Virus genome (UHGV): UHGV-0160030
DNA length: 40,988 nt
Strand: one strand, 5' to 3'
Source of the DNA: a virus
Shown piece by piece: positions 35,744 through 40,988 of this stretch. How positions within the stretch are numbered: position 1 is the stretch's first letter; each line of letters starts with the position of its first letter. A program made the translations under genes and the position numbers. The notes below the pieces were generated by a model. It was not told the origin of the DNA. It was given only the letters and a program-made list of their open reading frames with translations, and did no database searches.

Positions 35744-35848
35744 TCAGGACAATGTAACTTTACGTTTCCTCAAACGCAGTTCACCCCATAAGGCGGATGA
35801 ACCTGCGTATCATAACAATATTTACAGAAGATAAATCGGCGTCTGTTG

Positions 35849-36448
35849 TCAGAAACGGTATCCGATACCAACAATAAATGCATCCGTTCGCCAGTCGCCA
35901 CTGCCGGAGCCTTCATAAGCAATATCAATGGCCACGGATTCGGTCGGGTTAAACTGCACGCCAGCTCCCCACGCCAGAGAGGTATTGCTGTGGCGACCGT
36001 CATCACTTCCGGTCAGCACGTCGTGCGTTTTCCCCTTGTTGTCAGTTACGCGGAGATAATCCCCGGAGAAAGTCGACACACGGCTGTAAGCCACACCCGC
36101 GATCGCATACGCGCTGAACCATTCATTCACGCGCACAGACGGCCCCGCCATCACGCTGAACCAGCGGTTACGCACGGAATCTTCATGCCAGCGGGTATCG
36201 CTGTAATGCGTTTTTTGCTCATCTTTGGCATTGGCATAACTGAATGACGTCACCAGCCCCAGCGTGTCCGTAAATTCATAACGGTATTTCACGTTAATGC
36301 CCTTCAGGTCATCGCTGCCTGGCATATCAGTATGGGTCTGAAGATACCCGGCGCTTAGTGTGGACTGATGCTCTGCTGCGCTCGCTGGCGTACCAGCGGC
36401 AACCAGCCAGACTACTGCGGACAGAATAACAGCACATAATTTACGCAT
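35849..36448 (-). CDS. lom: Outer membrane beta-barrel protein Lom (Ail/Lom family)
   Basis: 199 aa; signal peptide; C-terminal aromatic residue (IGYRF); position between J and stf as in lambda. Confidence 0.85.
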   Translation of the reverse strand: MRKLCAVILSAVVWLVAAGTPASAAEHQSTLSAGYLQTHTDMPGSDDLKGINVKYRYEFTDTLGLVTSFSYANAKDEQKTHYSDTRWHEDSVRNRWFSVMAGPSVRVNEWFSAYAIAGVAYSRVSTFSGDYLRVTDNKGKTHDVLTGSDDGRHSNTSLAWGAGVQFNPTESVAIDIAYEGSGSGDWRTDAFIVGIGYRF

Positions 36449-36472
36449 AATTACCTCTCGCTTTTCTGCAAT

Positions 36473-36496
36473 AAAAAAGGCGCCATTTCTGGCGCC
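36473..36496 (-). terminator. Intrinsic terminator between J and lom (GGCGCC palindromic stem plus U-run)
   Basis: plus strand aaaaaaggcgccatttctggcgcc. Confidence 0.55.
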
Positions 36497-36515
36497 CGTA
36501 TTGGGGTTATAAAAT

Positions 36516-39500
36516 TCAGCTAATCGTGATGCCTGCAGTGGCTTTCTTCATCACAACAACCAGCAAATCGCTGATACTTGCTGTGGGATACCAGCCATTT
36601 ACCCACCATGCTGATACAGAAAACTCCAGCGTCATGTCGCCGCGACCAGCAGGCATATCAATAACACCACTGTAAACCAGCGTATTATCCATCGCGGTAC
36701 GGTTATAAATTTCAGCACCGTTTTTCTTCACTATCAGGCGGCATGACGAATAAGTATCGCTGTTCTCCCGCTCATGTCTGGCACCGCTGAAAGCCACCGC
36801 CGGAATAACAATCTGCCGGTTAAACGGCTGATCGTCATAAACCCTGACGGTAATGGTTCCTGATGGCCAACGCTTCGGTGCACGGGAGTCACGAGGGAAA
36901 GCCTTACCCACTGTTTTAACGAGATCGCCTTCAATCTGGTTTGCAGACAGTTTCCCTCTGATGACACAGTTCTTGTTAATGGTGACATTATTGAGCGTGC
37001 CGGTATTCGCCGTGATGGCTCCACTGATATCCGCATTGCGGGCTGTCAGCCTGCCATCCGGCGTCAGGGAAAACGTCGGAGGATTGCCGGATGACGTGAT
37101 GCTCACCGCAAACAGTCGCTTCAGGAACACGTCGTTCATGAACAGCTGATTCCCCTGCGCCACAAACAGCGGCGTGGTGTTGCCGTTCTCCGGGGTAATC
37201 ATCGCAATGCGATCGGCCTGCAGCAGAATGTTACTCAGGGTCTGACCATCAACATCCTCAATCCCCGCACCAATCCCGGCCACATAGGGAATACCGTTTT
37301 TTGTTTTCTGCACCTTCAGCATATACATGGCATTCAGCTCATTGCGCGTGTCTGACTGAACCCGCTGGATTTGCTGTATGGTCACGGCCTGGTCACCCAG
37401 CTTTTTATCCGTGGTCGAGGTAATTTCACTCCCTTTTTTATCCACGTACTGGCGGACCTGTGCTATCTGTCGGGCGTTTTCTGACTGCCCCTGGCTGACA
37501 GTCTGTGAGATTTCACTGCTCACCCGGTCCACTTTCTGGCTCACCTGCGCGATGGCCAGTGTCTGATCCTCATTCTTTTTCGCAACCAGCTGCGTGAGGC
37601 TGTTTTCCGCCTTCCCGATTTTCCGGGTCACTTCTGCGATATCCGTGTCCATCCGCTGACGGATATCTTCTTCCAGTTGCGTGACCTCCGTACGCAGCGC
37701 TGAAGCATCAATGCGCTCTTTCAGTGCCTGACCCAGAAGCGTCTCATCTATCAGCCCCCGGAAAATTTCCAGATACCCTTCACCATCATTGCTGGGCTGC
37801 CCGCTGGCTTCCACAAAAGCAGATTTTCCCACCAGGTTGACGCTTCGCACGTAAAACCAGAAATCCGTCCCCGGCTTAATCCGGCTCCCCTGGACAGTCC
37901 ACTGACTGCCGGTCCCCAGATAACGGGCAGATTTTTCCACCTGTGCTGTGTTCGTGATGCGTTTTTCTGAGAACCAGAATTCAAACTGTACCGTCGGGTC
38001 ATACACCGCAAGACGCGGGACCGCCGTTATCTGAAAATACCCCGGCGTCAGCTCAATGGTGGCGGGTTTTGCAGGTGCGTTAATCCGGAACGATACCGAC
38101 GCCGGATCGCCCTGCTGTCCCCGGGCATTTACCGCCCGGACCGTCAGCGTGTAACGCCCCAGCGCCAGCTGCCTGAAGCGGTAAGTGGTTTCCGCCGTCC
38201 GGGCCGTGCTGACCAGCCGCTCACTGCCGTCATCCGCTGTTACGGTCAGACGGAGCAGGAAGCTCACGCCCTTCACCACCTTCGGCGTGTCCCAGCGCGC
38301 CAGCACCTGATATTCCCCGCTGTCTGCGGTGACTTCGGCGGTCAGGTGCTGCACCGCTGGCGGCGTGACACCATTCACCGTGCCGCTCTGGTCGCCGTCA
38401 AAGTGCGCTCCGTTATCCACGATGGCCTCTTTTTCCGGTACATGCTGCACGGCGGTGATGGCATACGCACCGTCATCGTTCTCCCGGATACTCACACAGC
38501 GGAACAGGCGCTGGCGCAGCGTCGGCAGCTTCAGCCCCCACACGCTGTATTCGGCAACGCCGTCAGGAATACGGCTCACTTTCACCTTCACGCCGTCGGT
38601 GACGGACTGGACCTCCACGCTGACCGGATTCCCACTTCCGTCAACCAGGCTTATCAGCGTGGTGCCGGAGGATGACAGCATGATTTCACGGTCGAGCGTC
38701 AGCGTCCGGGTCTGGCTGTTCACCGCCAGCACGCGCCCGCCGGTGCTGATACCGGCATAGTCATCATCACAGATTTCAATGACATCGCCCGGAACATGGC
38801 GAAGCCCTTCTGCGCCGACGCTGAAGTCCACGGTCTGCGTTTCCAGCAGTTCTGTTTTAATCAGCCACAGCCCGGCGCGGTGTGCCTGCCCCCGGCTGGT
38901 ACAGCCAAAGGCATCCATCTTCGTGACGTTACGACCGTAACGGGCAATGGCCTGCGTGTCCTCCACAAGCTCTGTTGCCGTCTCCCAGCCGTTATCCGGG
39001 TCAATCCAGTTCACCTCAACGGCATTATGGCGGTCCTTCAGGGCGCTGAAGCTGTAGCGGAACGGCGCGCCATCATCCGGCATCACCACATTACTGCGGT
39101 TATAGGTCCACACCTTATCCGACGGTCGGTCCTGCACGAACGTCAGCGTCTGCCCGTTCCATACCGGCATACAGCGCATCGCCGAGCAAAAATCACTGAG
39201 CACATCCCACGCCTTGCGCTGTGTGGTCAGGTACGCATTACAGGTGATGCGCGGCTCCGTGCCGCCAAAGCCGTCCGGCACTGACTGGTCGCAGTACTGG
39301 CCGATGACATACAGCGCCCATTTATCCACATCCGCTGCACCAAGACGTTTCCCCATGCCGTAGCGCGGATGGGTCAGCATATCCCACAGACACCAGGCCA
39401 TGTTGTTGCTGTATGCCGGTTTAAACGTTCCGTCCCAGATACCGCTGTATTGCCGCGTCTGCGGGTTATAATTCGACGGCACCTGCAGAATACGCCCGCG

Positions 39501-40214
39501 CAGATGATAATTACGGCTCACCTGCTGGCTGCCGAACTGTTCCGAGTCCACCTGTACGCCGACCAGTGCCGTGTTCGGGTAGCACTGTTTCACATCGATG
39601 ATTTCGGTGTATGACGACCAGAGCGTTTTGTTCTGCAGCTGGTCTGTGGTGCTGTCCGGCGTCATCCTGCGCATCCGGATATTAAACGGGCGCGGCGGCA
39701 GGTTATCCACCACCACCGAGGCCAGATACTGCGAGGTGGTTTTGCCTTTAATGGTGATGTCTTTTTCCGTCACCCAGCCACCATTACGCTGTATCTGAAC
39801 CAGCAGGCGGACTTCCGACGGATTCCGGTCACCCTTTGAGGTGGTTTCCACCAGTGCCTGCACACCGAAGGTAAAGCGCAGACGGTCGATGTTTGCCGAC
39901 GTGATGGTGCGGGTGATCGGCGTGTCATATTTCACTTCTGTACCGAGCACCGTCTCGGAGCCGGAGGATTCAAAACCTTCCGGCGGTGTCTGCTCCTGCT
40001 CACCTGCCCGGAACACCACCGTGACGCCGGAGATGTTGGTATTCCCCTCACTGTCCAGCACCGGCGTACTGTTCAGCAGCACGCTTTTTAATCCATCCAC
40101 CGGACCTTCAATCGGCCCTTCGCTGATGGCATCAATCACACTCAGCAACTGCGTGGATTTCAGGTTGTCCTTCGCTTCGCGCGGGGTATGCCCCTTACTG
40201 CTTCCTTTGCCCAT
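36516..40214 (-). CDS. J: Central tail fibre / host specificity protein J
   Basis: 1232 aa; N-terminal ~900 aa match recalled lambda J ([37 protein letters not shown]...); C-terminal region longer and divergent. Confidence 0.9.
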   Translation of the reverse strand: MGKGSSKGHTPREAKDNLKSTQLLSVIDAISEGPIEGPVDGLKSVLLNSTPVLDSEGNTNISGVTVVFRAGEQEQTPPEGFESSGSETVLGTEVKYDTPITRTITSANIDRLRFTFGVQALVETTSKGDRNPSEVRLLVQIQRNGGWVTEKDITIKGKTTSQYLASVVVDNLPPRPFNIRMRRMTPDSTTDQLQNKTLWSSYTEIIDVKQCYPNTALVGVQVDSEQFGSQQVSRNYHLRGRILQVPSNYNPQTRQYSGIWDGTFKPAYSNNMAWCLWDMLTHPRYGMGKRLGAADVDKWALYVIGQYCDQSVPDGFGGTEPRITCNAYLTTQRKAWDVLSDFCSAMRCMPVWNGQTLTFVQDRPSDKVWTYNRSNVVMPDDGAPFRYSFSALKDRHNAVEVNWIDPDNGWETATELVEDTQAIARYGRNVTKMDAFGCTSRGQAHRAGLWLIKTELLETQTVDFSVGAEGLRHVPGDVIEICDDDYAGISTGGRVLAVNSQTRTLTLDREIMLSSSGTTLISLVDGSGNPVSVEVQSVTDGVKVKVSRIPDGVAEYSVWGLKLPTLRQRLFRCVSIRENDDGAYAITAVQHVPEKEAIVDNGAHFDGDQSGTVNGVTPPAVQHLTAEVTADSGEYQVLARWDTPKVVKGVSFLLRLTVTADDGSERLVSTARTAETTYRFRQLALGRYTLTVRAVNARGQQGDPASVSFRINAPAKPATIELTPGYFQITAVPRLAVYDPTVQFEFWFSEKRITNTAQVEKSARYLGTGSQWTVQGSRIKPGTDFWFYVRSVNLVGKSAFVEASGQPSNDGEGYLEIFRGLIDETLLGQALKERIDASALRTEVTQLEEDIRQRMDTDIAEVTRKIGKAENSLTQLVAKKNEDQTLAIAQVSQKVDRVSSEISQTVSQGQSENARQIAQVRQYVDKKGSEITSTTDKKLGDQAVTIQQIQRVQSDTRNELNAMYMLKVQKTKNGIPYVAGIGAGIEDVDGQTLSNILLQADRIAMITPENGNTTPLFVAQGNQLFMNDVFLKRLFAVSITSSGNPPTFSLTPDGRLTARNADISGAITANTGTLNNVTINKNCVIRGKLSANQIEGDLVKTVGKAFPRDSRAPKRWPSGTITVRVYDDQPFNRQIVIPAVAFSGARHERENSDTYSSCRLIVKKNGAEIYNRTAMDNTLVYSGVIDMPAGRGDMTLEFSVSAWWVNGWYPTASISDLLVVVMKKATAGITIS

Positions 40215-40274
40215 TCGTCATGCTCCATAAACGACAAAACCGCCCGGAGGCGGTTTCACATGAAATATTTTGCA

Positions 40275-40922
40275 TCAGCGGCCAATCACCACAACCTGAC
40301 CACCGTCCCCTTCATCTGCCGTGCTGATCTCCTGAGAAACCACACGAGACCCCACGCGCATTTCACCGTACAGAACAGGCAGAACATTGCCCTGGGCAAC
40401 CATGTTATCCAGTGATGAGAAATAGGTGTTCTGCTTACCGTTATCCGTGCTGGTCGCTGTGGGCGTCCGGGCTTTCGGTGCCAGCATCTGGGCCACACCA
40501 CCCAGGATCATACTGGCCCCTGCCGCATACATGCCCGATACAGCCGCGGCACCCAGCCAGCCCACAGGGTTCCACCATGCCACCGCAATCAGCGCCGCCC
40601 CCAGCACCACCTGAAACACACCGCCACTTTTAGCTCCCGCCAGACGCGGCACGATGTGGATCACGGCACCATTTGCCAGCGGCTCATTAAGACGGGCAGA
40701 TAATTCGGTTTCACCTGCATCACGCCCGGCAATGCGCACCTGATACCAGCCGTCATTCAGTTTCTGACGAAACGCCGGGAGCTGTGTGGACAACGCCCGG
40801 ATGGCTTCAGCCCCCGTTTTTACACGAAGGTCGATGCGGCGGCCAAATCGTTGTAAATCCCCGTAAAGGCAGATGCGTGCCATGCCCGGTGACGCCAGAG
40901 GGAGTGTGTGCGTCGCTGCCAT
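40275..40922 (-). CDS. I: Tail assembly protein I
   Basis: 215 aa; MAATHTLPLASPGMARICLYGDLQRFGRRIDL...VVVIGR matches recalled lambda I. Confidence 0.9.
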   Translation of the reverse strand: MAATHTLPLASPGMARICLYGDLQRFGRRIDLRVKTGAEAIRALSTQLPAFRQKLNDGWYQVRIAGRDAGETELSARLNEPLANGAVIHIVPRLAGAKSGGVFQVVLGAALIAVAWWNPVGWLGAAAVSGMYAAGASMILGGVAQMLAPKARTPTATSTDNGKQNTYFSSLDNMVAQGNVLPVLYGEMRVGSRVVSQEISTADEGDGGQVVVIGR

Positions 40923-40988
40923 TTGTCGGTATACCTCTCTCGTTTGCTCAGTTGTTCAGGAATATGGTGCAACAGCTCACCGTCGCCG
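40820..40988 (-). CDS. K: Tail assembly protein K, C-terminal segment (continuation of the gene that starts at 575)
   Basis: Minus-strand translation from window end: (C)GDGELLHHIPEQLSKRERYTDKWQRRTHSLW..., stop at 40822..40820; overlaps I start as in lambda. Confidence 0.8.
   Translation of the reverse strand, partial: GDGELLHHIPEQLSKRERYTDKWQRRTHSLWRHRAWHASAFTGIYNDLAAASTFV

Larger units (their letters stand above)
1..40988. mobile_element. Complete temperate lambdoid phage genome (lambda-type tail, lysis and regulation modules; HK97-type head and packaging module), circularly permuted, attP configuration, no host DNA
   Basis: Full set of phage modules in lambda order; window end joins window start in frame inside gene K; int-attP-b region-tail fibre are contiguous as in free phage rather than split as in a prophage. 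Confidence 0.85.

Noticed and set aside
1-40988. Host chromosomal flanks, IS elements or transposases
   Set aside because: Every region is accounted for by phage modules; no transposase-like ORF or terminal inverted repeats were seen, and the ends join each other rather than host DNA.

Overview
The 40,988-bp window reads as one complete temperate lambdoid siphophage genome with no host flanks, written as a circular permutation. The first and last bases lie inside the same tail gene (lambda K homologue): translating the minus strand across the end-to-start junction gives an unbroken frame with a Cys codon split tg|c. Gene order, mostly on the minus strand: lambda-type tail genes K-L-M-H, G/T chaperone with a -1 frameshift site, major tail protein, head-tail joining genes, HK97-type capsid/protease/portal, TerL-TerS, predicted cos interval, HNH endonuclease; an AT-rich opposite-strand moron; Rz/Rz1, SAR-type endolysin, an unknown gene, phage-21-like pinholin; three tRNAs and a methyltransferase remnant just downstream of Q and its terminator; a Cys/His-motif gene; DnaB-type helicase, DnaC-type loader, initiator with internal iterons; Rha/antirepressor-like early genes; an immunity region with an S24-peptidase CI repressor; a plus-strand cargo cassette of small unknown genes ending in a 2-TM peptide plus SPFH/band-7 lipoprotein pair; xis-int with attP-form repeats; a dinI-like gene behind two LexA boxes; tail-fibre module (stf, lom, J, I). 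Identifications rest on recalled lambda/HK97/phage-21 protein sequences and motifs visible in the translations; no database search was run. The most interesting unexplained content is accessory cargo: the SPFH pair, the unknown early-left operon, the moron near cos, the unknown gene inside the lysis cassette and the membrane protein after the tail-fibre gene. None of these could be assigned a function from sequence alone.
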